From a virus, in the IMG/VR virus record IMGVR_UViG_3300010354_000001, positions 32,001 through 96,000 of that record: a stretch of DNA of 64,000 nucleotides; one strand, given 5' to 3'. Shown here piece by piece: positions 42,321 to 52,405 of this stretch (the stretch's first letter is position 1; each line of letters begins with the position of its first letter). The notes beneath the pieces are model-generated. The model made no database searches and was not told the origin of the DNA. It saw nothing but the letters and a program-made list of their open reading frames with translations. The position numbers and the translations under genes are program-made.

Positions 42321-44270
42321 TTAAGTTGGGGAATTTCCGTAACGATCTCTTCGTTTTAAGTCTCTTCTGCTAGATTCTTTTCTTTGTGGTCTACCGTTCT
42401 CGTACACCCTTGCCTGAGTCTTAATACCCCTAGTTGTAGTGAGTAAAAATAGGGAACTAACCATAGAATCTGATATGTCATTATGATGTCCTGGGGCGTG
42501 GTCAATTCTACCAGTCTTTTCATCTTTCTGTAAGAATATTAACTCTTCAAACAAATCCTCATTGTCTGGCATTATTACCCTTCCTGCATATACTTCGCTC
42601 TTAAACATTTCATAAGCTCCTGGCTCGAGTCTTGTACTAAATTCTTTTGTCTTGAATCCTAACCTATTAATTCTCTGTCTTGCTGCTTTACTCTGCCACT
42701 TATCGAAACTAAATAAGACTATGTTAAGTCCATAATATTGTTTGAGCTTTACTATAAAATTAACTACTTCATCTATATTTACCTCTATACCTTTGCTAGC
42801 TTTAATAGATATGGCAAACTCTACGATAAAGACAGGTCTTTCTTGAGATACTTTTTTACCTTCTTCGTCAAGTACTACCTCTATAGATTTACCTAAGATC
42901 CTAGACATAGATATACCGCAAGCATCACCGCTGGTAGCTAAGTCAGTAGAAATTACTCTAGCTGCATTTTTATCCGTAGGTAAATTCTCTTCTATTACTA
43001 CAGGCATACCTTCTGTGCCTGTATTGTAGTTATAATGATTAAGGAAGTACTTAAAGCCCATATCTGAGTATTTAAACATAGCCTCCTTAATAGCTTCTGG
43101 CTTACGAATAAATACGTCTACTGCTGTACTAGATACTCCTAATATATCTCTCTGGGCTTTAGGAAAATCACGTTCAAAATCTACAAGCCATGTGGTAGGC
43201 ACATGCTCTATTCTTGCATTAGCTGGGTACTGTTTAGTTGCTACCTCTTCTGGACTTAGTATCTTACCTGCGTAATCCTTGGTCGATACGAGAATAGGAA
43301 AGGTTTCTTTAGAATACTTCCACTCTGGCATAACATCCCATGCCCTTTGGTCAAATACTAATTGATTCGGACTTTTACCTAGCTTTTTTATTTGAGCTTT
43401 AACTTTACTTGTGTAATCATTCTCATGGTTTGCCGAAGAGACTACATATACACCTCCAAGTGCTATGTTTTTCTTTTCTTGTGTAGCGAACCTACTTTTA
43501 TATCGGTTGAATGCCTCGTGTATAATCTTCTCTGCTTGGTCATAAGTGGCATTATCACCTCCCTCCACAGCTTGCTTAGATTTCTCTACGATAAGCATGG
43601 TGTTAGCCTCCTCTACGGAACAGGCTATCAAGTCATGCCCTAGAAGATTATTTGCATCTGGCCTAAATACTGTAAAAGTTACATTGAGATCTGTGAGTTT
43701 TAGGTCTGCCTCCAAATCCTTATCGTAGTTAACTTTATGTCTCTGGGTATATTTCATACCCAGAAACATACTTCTCACTGGATTATATACGTTCTCTCTT
43801 GCGGTTTTCACCTTGGCGGCAGTACATCCTAGCACTATAGGTTTATCTTTCAATAACCCAAATACTAGATGTGGGTTAGGAAAACAAGTCAAACAGTATA
43901 GCGTGTAACATAAAGCTATATTAGTTCTTAAAGTCTTACCTATACCGATAGCCCCAGTCAGTATTACTTCTGTAGGTTGAATTTCCCCAGTCCAAATATC
44001 GGGACACATTACCTTTAGATCTGCTACTATTTGCGGCCAGTAGGTGTTAGTTCCCAAGTATTCGGGATCTGTCAGAAACTGTTCGATAGTTACTGGTAAC
44101 CTAGTCATTAACCTTATAGCTTTTATAAAGTTAGGGTTATTCCTATATATAAGTTCATCTACAGCATTTTCTAAAACACGCCTAAGTCTAACAGGATCTT
44201 CACTAATCCCAGCATCTATAGCTTCTTCTAAACTAGCTAAAGTTTCTGCTCTTATCTGTTCTAACTGCAA
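42321..44270 (-). CDS. terminase large subunit
   Basis: Walker A GAIGIGKT, Walker B-like VEEAN, RNase H-like STDLATSGD, FDKWQS, DH...NDISD. Confidence 0.85.
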   Translation of the reverse strand: MQLEQIRAETLASLEEAIDAGISEDPVRLRRVLENAVDELIYRNNPNFIKAIRLMTRLPVTIEQFLTDPEYLGTNTYWPQIVADLKVMCPDIWTGEIQPTEVILTGAIGIGKTLRTNIALCYTLYCLTCFPNPHLVFGLLKDKPIVLGCTAAKVKTARENVYNPVRSMFLGMKYTQRHKVNYDKDLEADLKLTDLNVTFTVFRPDANNLLGHDLIACSVEEANTMLIVEKSKQAVEGGDNATYDQAEKIIHEAFNRYKSRFATQEKKNIALGGVYVVSSANHENDYTSKVKAQIKKLGKSPNQLVFDQRAWDVMPEWKYSKETFPILVSTKDYAGKILSPEEVATKQYPANARIEHVPTTWLVDFERDFPKAQRDILGVSSTAVDVFIRKPEAIKEAMFKYSDMGFKYFLNHYNYNTGTEGMPVVIEENLPTDKNAARVISTDLATSGDACGISMSRILGKSIEVVLDEEGKKVSQERPVFIVEFAISIKASKGIEVNIDEVVNFIVKLKQYYGLNIVLFSFDKWQSKAARQRINRLGFKTKEFSTRLEPGAYEMFKSEVYAGRVIMPDNEDLFEELIFLQKDEKTGRIDHAPGHHNDISDSMVSSLFLLTTTRGIKTQARVYENGRPQRKESSRRDLKRRDRYGNSPT

Positions 44271-45089
44271 TTAATTCACCTGCATTGTGTCTAGCACTTC
44301 TGCTAATTCTATAAGTCCTTCTTGAACTCTACGCTCAAATTCTTTTCTGGTTATCTTTAATTCTGCGGCCATTTTAGTGTCGGATAAGCCCTCAGCGTAG
44401 TATCCAAACTTCCACTTTAGAGATTCTGCTAATTCTGCAGGCAACTCAGCTAGAGCCAAGTTAACTGATCTTCTTCTATCTAAATCTTCCTCCGCAATTT
44501 CCTCTACTGCTTCTAGTGTCTCCACTAACGTAGTGGTACTACTATCCTTAGTAGAAACAAATTCGTCTAGGGAGTCTATTGTAGTTAAGCCTTCTTTAAC
44601 TAAATCTAACTTATCTTTATTTATCCCTAACCCTAACATTAGTTCTTGGTCTGTTGGGGTTCTTTCCAGTTGCTTACTTAAATTAGCATAAAGTTTTTTA
44701 AACTTATTCATGGTATCTACCATGTGGTTAGGTATTCTAATAGATCTTGCTTTATCTGTTAAAGCTCTAGATATAACTTGCCTAATCCAAAAAGTAGAAT
44801 ATGTGCTAAACTTATTGTTCGTGGAAAGGTCAAACTTATCTAAAGACTTAATCAAACCTGTGGTTCCTTCTTGTATTAAATCTAAAAATGAAACTCCCTT
44901 GTTTACATGCTTTTTTGCGATAGATACTACCAACCTAAGATTATGTTTTATTAACAAATCCTTATAGTGCATATCGCCTGCTTGATACTTTCGCAAATAG
45001 TCATACTCAACCTCTTTGCTGAGCACCTTATACTTATTTAATTTTCCTAAAAATATTTTTATTTCTTCATCATTTACTTCATTCAACAA
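44271..45089 (-). CDS. RpoD-like sigma70 factor
   Basis: [38 protein letters not shown]; regions 3 and 4. Confidence 0.93.
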   Translation of the reverse strand: MLNEVNDEEIKIFLGKLNKYKVLSKEVEYDYLRKYQAGDMHYKDLLIKHNLRLVVSIAKKHVNKGVSFLDLIQEGTTGLIKSLDKFDLSTNNKFSTYSTFWIRQVISRALTDKARSIRIPNHMVDTMNKFKKLYANLSKQLERTPTDQELMLGLGINKDKLDLVKEGLTTIDSLDEFVSTKDSSTTTLVETLEAVEEIAEEDLDRRRSVNLALAELPAELAESLKWKFGYYAEGLSDTKMAAELKITRKEFERRVQEGLIELAEVLDTMQVN

Positions 45090-45092
45090 TAT

Positions 45093-45413
45093 CTACCCCT
45101 CGACTATGCTATCCACAGCCAATACCTCTCCTTTTTTAGTCAAACTCCAGACATCTGTAATCCCATCAACATAGAAAACTACTTTGTTAATTAATCCGCC
45201 CTCTATATACTCAGCCCAAAATTCTGATACGTTATCGTCAGAGTTAAGAAACTTTTCCTCTGCAAATACTTTGACAGATTTAGATTCGCTTTTATAGACA
45301 GCTCTACATCCCATGATTTTTCCTGAGATGATATACTCATCCCCAAAAGATGTTTTAATCTGTCCGTCAATATCGTCTTTAGTTACAAAGTACAGCTCGT
45401 CTCTTAAGTCCAC
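45093..45413 (-). CDS. hypothetical protein
   Basis: ORF track. Confidence 0.55.
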   Translation of the reverse strand: MDLRDELYFVTKDDIDGQIKTSFGDEYIISGKIMGCRAVYKSESKSVKVFAEEKFLNSDDNVSEFWAEYIEGGLINKVVFYVDGITDVWSLTKKGEVLAVDSIVEG

Positions 45414-45446
45414 TAAAATATTATAACACGAAATACGTATTTTTGG

Positions 45447-46067
45447 TTAAATTTTTTCGATTATTTTTATAGAATCTATGTGCGAGTGCCCGCCTTTGTG
45501 GGCTATAGACACAACATTCTCGGCTCTTTTAGCTAGTAATTTATCAGCGTTAGCCATCTCTTTGGAAATAAAATCATCAGTTCCGTAAATATTAAATATG
45601 TTTACGAAGCTTACGCACTTTCTTCTGAACCATAAATAAGACTTAATATATAGTCTTAATGTCTTAAGCCCTATCCCTATGGGGCTGTTTAAGCAATAAA
45701 ATGTATTCAGTTCCATACTCCTATCCTCAGTACCCAAGCAAAGAGTTATTAGAGTTCCTAAGCTATGTGCTACCACATCTACTTTGTAGCCTTGTGTAGT
45801 TAAATTAAGAATCTCGTTAGTAATTTCTGCGTTAATCATCCCTGCCACATAACGATTATTTAAGTAGCCCCAAATGTCTGCAGCATAATCTTTAATATGG
45901 GGAGGAAGCCATTTTAAATAAATAGGTAAATTTTCTTTTACTACTTCAAAATACTTTTCGGACTGTGCATAATATACACATTCGTATTTAGCTGCAATGT
46001 TAGCTAAATCCTCTAACATATATCTAGGTTTGTCGTTTATGCCTTGAATAATAATTAGAGCTTTCAC
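45447..46067 (-). CDS. alpha/beta hydrolase-fold protein
   Basis: Nucleophile elbow VVAHSLG; DDFIS; GGH. Confidence 0.7.
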   Translation of the reverse strand: MKALIIIQGINDKPRYMLEDLANIAAKYECVYYAQSEKYFEVVKENLPIYLKWLPPHIKDYAADIWGYLNNRYVAGMINAEITNEILNLTTQGYKVDVVAHSLGTLITLCLGTEDRSMELNTFYCLNSPIGIGLKTLRLYIKSYLWFRRKCVSFVNIFNIYGTDDFISKEMANADKLLAKRAENVVSIAHKGGHSHIDSIKIIEKI

Positions 46068-46081
46068 ACTCCAAGTGTACT

Positions 46082-46789
46082 CTAGGATTCTATTTGAGGG
46101 GTGTCTGCCCTTTTAATCTCATGAACTCTGGATATTAATAAGTCTATAGAAGAGTCTAAAGCTGCTTTTTGTTTAGCTCCTGGATCGTCTATGTTATGAG
46201 CTTTATTTTTAACTGGATCTAAAAGTCTCAAATCGAAACTCCACTTCATTTTATCATTAACGGTCTGCAAAGCTAATTTTAAATAAGTAGCACCCTGCGA
46301 TCCGCCCTTATTTGTGTAATAGTCTTCCATAGCTAACTTAGTTATCATGTCATATTGAGCAAAGGTGTTAGTTAGTGCAGCAAAAGCATCGTAGCCTTCT
46401 AGTTTATGGGAATTAATCTTTCTTATGGATTCTAACCAGCCATTTATTATTTTAGGCGTAACCCCGAAGGCTAGTGCCATTTCGTCATCTCTAAATCCTT
46501 TGAGGAAAAGATCATAAATATAAGGAAATATAAAAGTTTCTAACTCTTCTCTTGTTAGTTTCTTGTGGTAATTTGCTAAAAGTCTTAACTGTTTTACTCT
46601 TTCCTCGGAATACCCTAATGCTGAATCGCTTGGAGTGGCTTCCTTCATAAGTTCCCTTATGTTTGAGGCTAGAGAATTATCATCTGCTCTAGCTCTAGGG
46701 GCTTCTGCTATTGGATTTTCTTGATCTAGTATTGGTTTAACTTCTTCTGGGGTTTTTGGCCCTGAAAGGTCTATTCGTTTTTCACGCAT
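46082..46789 (-). CDS. helical HTH-containing protein, candidate terminase small subunit
   Basis: GFRDDEMALAFGVTPKII HTH; near terL. Confidence 0.35.
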   Translation of the reverse strand: MREKRIDLSGPKTPEEVKPILDQENPIAEAPRARADDNSLASNIRELMKEATPSDSALGYSEERVKQLRLLANYHKKLTREELETFIFPYIYDLFLKGFRDDEMALAFGVTPKIINGWLESIRKINSHKLEGYDAFAALTNTFAQYDMITKLAMEDYYTNKGGSQGATYLKLALQTVNDKMKWSFDLRLLDPVKNKAHNIDDPGAKQKAALDSSIDLLISRVHEIKRADTPQIES

Positions 46790-46791
46790 CT

Positions 46792-47535
46792 TTATTTAGT
46801 GTACTGCTGAATGAAGTTCCTTTCATCTATAGTAATACTTGTTAAACTTAAAATCCAAGTTAGATAACTCACTAATTCTCTTTCGTTATGTCGCACTAAG
46901 TCATCCATAGACTGTCCTTTAAACTTACCCTTGTTGAATACATACTTGCCTAATCCTTCTTGGAAAGTAAACCAGTCACCTAAAATAAACATCTCACCGA
47001 AACCTATCACTTGAGCAGTCTCAGGAATGTTTAACTCTTCGTACATCTCTTGCATCTTTTGGAATATCTGAAGTGTTGCAATCGCATCTACTTTAGCATC
47101 GTGAGCCCCTTCCATAATTTTCCCCGTATAAAGCTTATATAAGCTCTCTAGATTACATCTATTTAACTTTTTATGTATTGCGTAAGGATCTATAAGATTT
47201 TTGTCTGATAGGGATAATTCAAAACCGCACTCTTTTAACTGCCTAGACAGTATAGAAAAATCAAAAGTAGCGTTAAACATGATTATGTTCTTATAGGCGT
47301 TTAGTATTTTAGATATTCTAGGAGCTACTTCAGAGAAACTTGGAGCATCCTTCAAATCTAATATAGAGATTTTATGTATTTCTTCTGCGTCTGGAGATAT
47401 GGGTACTGTAGGTTTTACATAACTGGAATACGATTTCCCGTCACTAGAAACCAGTGCTATCTGCACTATCTCGTCCCTCCCTAAATCGAGCCCAGTGGCT
47501 TCTATGTCTATAGATAAATACTCGTTTTCTCTCAT
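46792..47535 (-). CDS. DEDDh 3'-5' exonuclease (DnaQ/ExoX-like)
   Basis: DIEATG, FNATFD, AHDAKVDA; FNKGKFKG tail. Confidence 0.9.
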   Translation of the reverse strand: MRENEYLSIDIEATGLDLGRDEIVQIALVSSDGKSYSSYVKPTVPISPDAEEIHKISILDLKDAPSFSEVAPRISKILNAYKNIIMFNATFDFSILSRQLKECGFELSLSDKNLIDPYAIHKKLNRCNLESLYKLYTGKIMEGAHDAKVDAIATLQIFQKMQEMYEELNIPETAQVIGFGEMFILGDWFTFQEGLGKYVFNKGKFKGQSMDDLVRHNERELVSYLTWILSLTSITIDERNFIQQYTK

Positions 47536-47546
47536 ACTAATTAGTC

Positions 47547-47665
47547 CGGACTTGTCCCATTAACATACGTTAAGGGAGATTATCGGCTTCACCGAGTCTG
47601 CTTTAATCACCTCGTATAGTGAGTCTAGTCTTACTAACTCTCCACCAGCGGCCATCCTAGCCGCT
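47547..47665 (-). ncRNA. omega-RNA-like scaffold overlapping tnpB 3' end (copy 1)
   Basis: Position at the tnpB right end; hairpins covary with copies 2 and 3. Confidence 0.7.
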
Positions 47666-48735
47666 TCCTTTGCTATATTGATAGAAGCGTTCCTGTCTCT
47701 GTGGTGCTTTGCACCACATTTACAAGTCCACTCCCTATCAGACAGTTGCAAACTATCATTTATTCTACCACACTCTGAACAAGTTTTACTAGAAGGAAAA
47801 AATCTATTTACCTCTATAACTTGTTTGCCAACAGAGTTGGCTTTATAATTTAAGTAGTTAAGGAATAATCCCCAACCAGAGTCAGCTATTGACATAGCTA
47901 ACTTATGGTTTTTAACTAAACCTTTAATATGTAAATCCTCTACAGCGAATGCTTGATTCTCGCATTCGCTTACTAGAGAATTAGAAACTTTATGAGAGAA
48001 ATCTTTTCTCTTATTAGCTATTCTCTCGTGTAGCTTTGCTACACGGATTCTAGCTTGATTTCTCTTTTTAGAACCTTTCTGCTTTCTGCAAAAATCTCTT
48101 TGAGATTTTTTTAGTTTACTTAAATTTTCTCTTAAAAACTTATTAGGTTTAACTCTAACTCCGTTAGAAGTAATTAAAAAATCTTTTAGACCAAGGTCTA
48201 AACCTGTTATACCTTCTTTATGTTTAATATTAGATAAATCTAAATCTTCTACTTCAAATAAACAAACTGCATAGTAACTACCAGAAGCAGATTTTTTAAC
48301 TGTTACTTTCTTTAACTTGCCTTCAGGCAAGTCACTTCCTCTAAACTTAACTAAGCCTAGCTTCGGTAGTTTTATTTTATTACCAATTAAGGAAGTTCCT
48401 TGTATTATGGAGTAAGATTTTTTGCAATACTTGTTTTTAAATCTAGGAAATTTACCTACCCCTTTAAAAAATCTATTATAAGCTTCTGCTAGATTACCGC
48501 AGGTAATCTGTAATTGTGCTGCTGAAGCAGCACTAAGCCATGTATATTGCTTTTTAAGTTTAGGTAAAAGGTTATTCATATCATAATTAGATAAAGATTT
48601 ACCTGTTCTTAAATATTTCTTTTTACAAATCTCTAACATTTTATTATAGATAAATCTAGAACAACCAAACTCAATCTCAAGTTGTTTAACTTGTGATTGG
48701 TTTGGGTAAAGTTTAATTTCTCTTGATCTAAACAT
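47560..48735 (-). CDS. tnpB: TnpB RNA-guided endonuclease
   Basis: N-terminal HTH; RuvC GLDLG, VEDL, RDRNA intact; Zn finger CSEC...CKCG. Confidence 0.93.
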   Translation of the reverse strand: MFRSREIKLYPNQSQVKQLEIEFGCSRFIYNKMLEICKKKYLRTGKSLSNYDMNNLLPKLKKQYTWLSAASAAQLQITCGNLAEAYNRFFKGVGKFPRFKNKYCKKSYSIIQGTSLIGNKIKLPKLGLVKFRGSDLPEGKLKKVTVKKSASGSYYAVCLFEVEDLDLSNIKHKEGITGLDLGLKDFLITSNGVRVKPNKFLRENLSKLKKSQRDFCRKQKGSKKRNQARIRVAKLHERIANKRKDFSHKVSNSLVSECENQAFAVEDLHIKGLVKNHKLAMSIADSGWGLFLNYLNYKANSVGKQVIEVNRFFPSSKTCSECGRINDSLQLSDREWTCKCGAKHHRDRNASINIAKEAARMAAGGELVRLDSLYEVIKADSVKPIISLNVC

Positions 48736-48775
48736 TATAATTGGAGGTGTCTCCTGATTATATTATACTACGTTC

Positions 48776-49219
48776 TTAACGTATGTTAATGGGATAAGTG
48801 TGGATTCTAATAAATCTATCCATGTGCCTAAAAGGAAATTTATTGGCTATATACATGGTTTCCTGCAGTTCTACATTATCTATATAGTAGTGGGGTTTCT
48901 CTGGATCAAACTTAATCAACCCTGACTTTATAAGTCCTGAGATTATTTTATCTAACTGTTTGTGTAGATCTGCGTGAATCTCCCTATCAAGTATTATTAA
49001 GTTTCCGTTAAACCCATTCTCTCGATCAAAGTCTATATGGTGTATATCAAATCTGTTGTCGGGGTAAAATCCGTGTTTAGCTTCAAATTCATCAGCTAAA
49101 GCATAGCGATCATCATAATTACGCTTCCTGCTTGCAGTCCATCTTTGGATGTATTTAGGATAAAAAAGTCTCTTCTTCTTTTTCAAGCGTACTTTAATTG
49201 TATCCTCAGAGGTCAGCAT
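48776..49219 (-). CDS. HNH endonuclease-like protein; C-terminus supplied by the element TIR; start uncertain
   Basis: IHHIDFDRENG..NL...H...H; ends TYPINIR in the TIR. Confidence 0.7.
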   Translation of the reverse strand: MLTSEDTIKVRLKKKKRLFYPKYIQRWTASRKRNYDDRYALADEFEAKHGFYPDNRFDIHHIDFDRENGFNGNLIILDREIHADLHKQLDKIISGLIKSGLIKFDPEKPHYYIDNVELQETMYIANKFPFRHMDRFIRIHTYPINIR

Positions 49220-49285
49220 GACAGGATTTGAACCTGCGGTATCGGGGTCACAGCCCGACGCCTTAGACCACTAGGCGACATGCTG
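49211..49285 (-). tRNA. tRNA-His(GTG), atypical identity elements
   Basis: CAGCATG/CATGCTG acceptor, TCGGG-CTGTGAC-CCCGA, GCAGG-TTCAAAT-CCTGT. Confidence 0.85.
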
Positions 49286-49484
49286 GCCTCTGAAGATAGT
49301 TAAATTATACCATCTTTAAGCTACTTCTTTGAAATTAAGGCTATAATTGCTGTAAGTGCCAGTAGCCCCATACCTACAGCATATGGAATCAGCACTCTAT
49401 GGGAATAGTCGAAATCAGTACACAAATTTATCCACATGGATACCACTACAGTAAATAGCACTGATATTGCTATGCCTATCGAAC

Positions 49485-52397
49485 TTACTGACACGCTACA
49501 CATTCCTCGGTATTTATCTTAGCGGATAATACTGAATCAGATCTCAAGTAATACAAGGTCTTAACTCCAGTTTCCCAAGCTTGGTAGTGAACTTCGTGTA
49601 AGTATTTACCGTCTATGTCACCTTTTTCTGTTCTACCAAAGAATAAATTTAAAGACTGTGCCTGACATATATGTTTCTGTCTTGCTGCTGCCTGCTTAAT
49701 TATAAATCTTTGATCTAACTCATAAGCTGTCTTGAATAGTTTCTTTTCTTCCTCTGTTAAAAAGTCTAACTGTTGAACACTGCCAGCATTTTTAATTATA
49801 GACTTCCATACTTTAGCAGTGTTTTGTCCTTTTTCTTTTAGTAGATTTTCTAGGTAAATATTTTTAACTAAGAAGCTTCCGCTTAAAGTTTTTTGTAAGT
49901 ATGCGTTACCTGCTATAGGTTCTATGCAAGGAGTACAGTTACCTGCGATTATAGATATATTAGCAGTAGGAGCTATAGCTGTTAAATAACTATTCCTGTT
50001 ACCTGGATTATCCTCACACTCACCTTTAATCTTAGCAAGTTCTATAGATTTAGCTCTAGCTGCATTTTGAATCTTCTCAGAGATTATTTTAGCTAAGGCT
50101 ACCGACTGAACTCCCTCAAAAGGAATCTTTTCTCGCATTAGGTATCCATGCCACCCCATCAGTCCTAAGCCTATAGATCTTTCTTTAGAGGCTGAGTAAA
50201 TAGCTCTTTTATAGTCTCTAGGATTTGCAGTTTTAAGGAATAGGGTGAGTACGTTATCTAATGCTTCTGTCGCTATAGAGGATACATACTCTAATTGGTC
50301 TATTGGGCATTGTTCTAGGTTTATGCTGCCAAGTACGCATATGGCCGTTCTGTCTTTGCTTGTTGGCAAGACTATCTCAGAGCAGTTGTGCACTAAAACT
50401 CCTGAGCAATTTAAGTATTTGTCATCTTGAGTGGAAGTTATTATGTAGAAATTGTGATTATCTTCTACAGTGAGATCGTAAACTTCTTGCTCCTCATCAA
50501 GCTCTATAACACTTACTACTTTGTGATTACCTATCACTATGGATTTATAGTTACTCCAACTACCACCAAAACGCATCTCGCTAAAAGTGTAAGGTATTTT
50601 GATTCCAGTCTCCTCCCTGTGTTTAGCTAACATACTTCGAGTTAAATCCCCATGTTTATTATATAATTTTTTGCCTATGGCAATTAATTCTTCGTTAGTT
50701 ATACCGTTATAATTAGGGTTTAGCTCTCCTTTAGCCATCTTATTCTTACTACTTAACCACCTTTCCCTAGAAGACTTATCCATGCGGTAAACCCAGTTGT
50801 TAGTGCCAGATATCTCACTGCTAGTCTTTTTTCTGTGTTCTTTGGCTGAGAGCATCTGTAAATTAGCTATGCCGTCATTTCTGATATCGTTATCTATGTG
50901 ATCGATGTGATACCCTTTTGGAATATCCCCATTATAATAACTCCAGATCAGCCTGTGTTGTTTGGTATGCCCGTTACTAGATGACCCTATATGCCTGTAG
51001 GGTGTCTCTTTATGCAATCTAGTATACGTGTTGAAAGGCTGTAAAGAATCTCCATTCTTTAGGTTTCCTGCTTCTATATACTCGCCATTTTTTAGAGCTA
51101 TTAAATGATCTTTAGTGCATTTGAATTGGCTATTATCATCCAATAACACTTGCACTAACTTCTTAACCCCAGTCTTAAACGCTACTGCTGCTTTGACTTC
51201 ATTAGTCCAGAACGCCTCCTGCACCCCGCCCCCACGAACTCCCCTGCGTTTTATTTTAGCCTCTCTGGCACAATATACTGGGAATTTTTTTCTACCTTTA
51301 GACTCTTCCGCAAGCTGCTTTATAGTAACCCCGTTACGTCCGTCCGCTACAGCTACAACAGTATCCCCTGAAAAACATAAATTACTTTGTTTTATCTCTA
51401 ACCCTTTCTCTGAGTGGCTTTGCAGTATGTCTTTATTAGACGTGTCTATGTAGTGGATGTAAGGTTCTCCAGTTTCAATCCTACTCTTTAAAATCCCCTT
51501 CCATAAAGTTCTGGCATCTACAGTCTTAACTACCTCTTTTGTATGTGGGCATATTAAATTAAATGATTCTTTTTTATTTACCGCTTCCATAAAGTCATCA
51601 GTAATGTTTATCCCGTGATGAATATTTAAGCACTTTCTATTCTCATCCCCTCCAGTAGGTTTGCGAATGTTTATATATTCCTCGCAATCTGGATGACTAA
51701 CATCTAGGTAGATAGCTGCCGAAGCTCTTCTGGTCGAGCCTTGGGATATGGCTAATGTATTAGAATCCAAGACTTTCATGAAGGGGATAGTACCTGAAGA
51801 TTTTAAAGTCTTCCTAATAGGTGCTCCATGACCTCTTATGTCTCCCATAAAAACACCTAGCCCTCCTCCGCCTGCTCCTAAGTGGGCACACTCCTCTATA
51901 GTCTTATAGATGTCTGTGATAGAATCTCCCATGTAATTTAGAAAGCAGGAAACTAAATTTCCTTTGTTAGTGGCAGTGTTAGTTAAAACTGGAGTAGCTG
52001 GCATGAACCATAACTTAGATATAACTTCATAAAGCTCTGTGGCCTTAAGTATTAATCCTTCAGTTACTTCCACCTCATCTTTATCATACTGATCTGCTAA
52101 AGTAATACCTGCTGCTACTCTAGCAAAGAACTGCTGTGGCCCTTCTACTAGCTTTAGGTTATCTGACCTTAAGAAATATCTATCTCTTAAAGTCTCCAGC
52201 CCAAAATAAGTTAATAGCTTATTTCTGCTGTTATCTAACGGTATATGTTTTTGTAGAGTCTTTACTTTCTGTGTGTAATTAGGGCTGTCCCAAGAATTAC
52301 TATCTCCTACCTCTTCTATGGTCTGTGCAAGTAATATGTCCCTAGCTCCTTCTATATCACCTTTATCTAAAGCTGCTAATATGTCTTTCTTCATCAC
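49485..52397 (-). CDS. nrdA: class Ia ribonucleotide reductase alpha subunit with intein
   Basis: PATPVL, SCFL, GEPY, SNL|CSEI, APTA, KTLYY, C-terminal CVAC. Confidence 0.95.
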   Translation of the reverse strand: MMKKDILAALDKGDIEGARDILLAQTIEEVGDSNSWDSPNYTQKVKTLQKHIPLDNSRNKLLTYFGLETLRDRYFLRSDNLKLVEGPQQFFARVAAGITLADQYDKDEVEVTEGLILKATELYEVISKLWFMPATPVLTNTATNKGNLVSCFLNYMGDSITDIYKTIEECAHLGAGGGGLGVFMGDIRGHGAPIRKTLKSSGTIPFMKVLDSNTLAISQGSTRRASAAIYLDVSHPDCEEYINIRKPTGGDENRKCLNIHHGINITDDFMEAVNKKESFNLICPHTKEVVKTVDARTLWKGILKSRIETGEPYIHYIDTSNKDILQSHSEKGLEIKQSNLCFSGDTVVAVADGRNGVTIKQLAEESKGRKKFPVYCAREAKIKRRGVRGGGVQEAFWTNEVKAAVAFKTGVKKLVQVLLDDNSQFKCTKDHLIALKNGEYIEAGNLKNGDSLQPFNTYTRLHKETPYRHIGSSSNGHTKQHRLIWSYYNGDIPKGYHIDHIDNDIRNDGIANLQMLSAKEHRKKTSSEISGTNNWVYRMDKSSRERWLSSKNKMAKGELNPNYNGITNEELIAIGKKLYNKHGDLTRSMLAKHREETGIKIPYTFSEMRFGGSWSNYKSIVIGNHKVVSVIELDEEQEVYDLTVEDNHNFYIITSTQDDKYLNCSGVLVHNCSEIVLPTSKDRTAICVLGSINLEQCPIDQLEYVSSIATEALDNVLTLFLKTANPRDYKRAIYSASKERSIGLGLMGWHGYLMREKIPFEGVQSVALAKIISEKIQNAARAKSIELAKIKGECEDNPGNRNSYLTAIAPTANISIIAGNCTPCIEPIAGNAYLQKTLSGSFLVKNIYLENLLKEKGQNTAKVWKSIIKNAGSVQQLDFLTEEEKKLFKTAYELDQRFIIKQAAARQKHICQAQSLNLFFGRTEKGDIDGKYLHEVHYQAWETGVKTLYYLRSDSVLSAKINTEECVACQ
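50385..51377 (-). mobile_element. intein with HNH homing endonuclease in nrdA
   Basis: CFSGDT...VLVHN|C; internal HIDHIDNDIRND.IANLQ..S..EH. Confidence 0.9.
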
Positions 52398-52405
52398 TTA
52401 ACCCC

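Larger units (their letters stand above)
47547..48802 (-). mobile_element. TIR-bounded tnpB element (no transposase)
   Basis: Inverted ends ACTTATCCCATTAACATACGTTAA (48776-48799) and CGGACTTGTCCCATTAACATACGTTAA (47547-47573); internal TATAAT promoter. Confidence 0.8.

Noticed and set aside
47539-48810. TSD at the full tnpB element
   Set aside because: Flanks AATTAGTC and GATTCTAA do not match; a TSD is claimed only for the MITE
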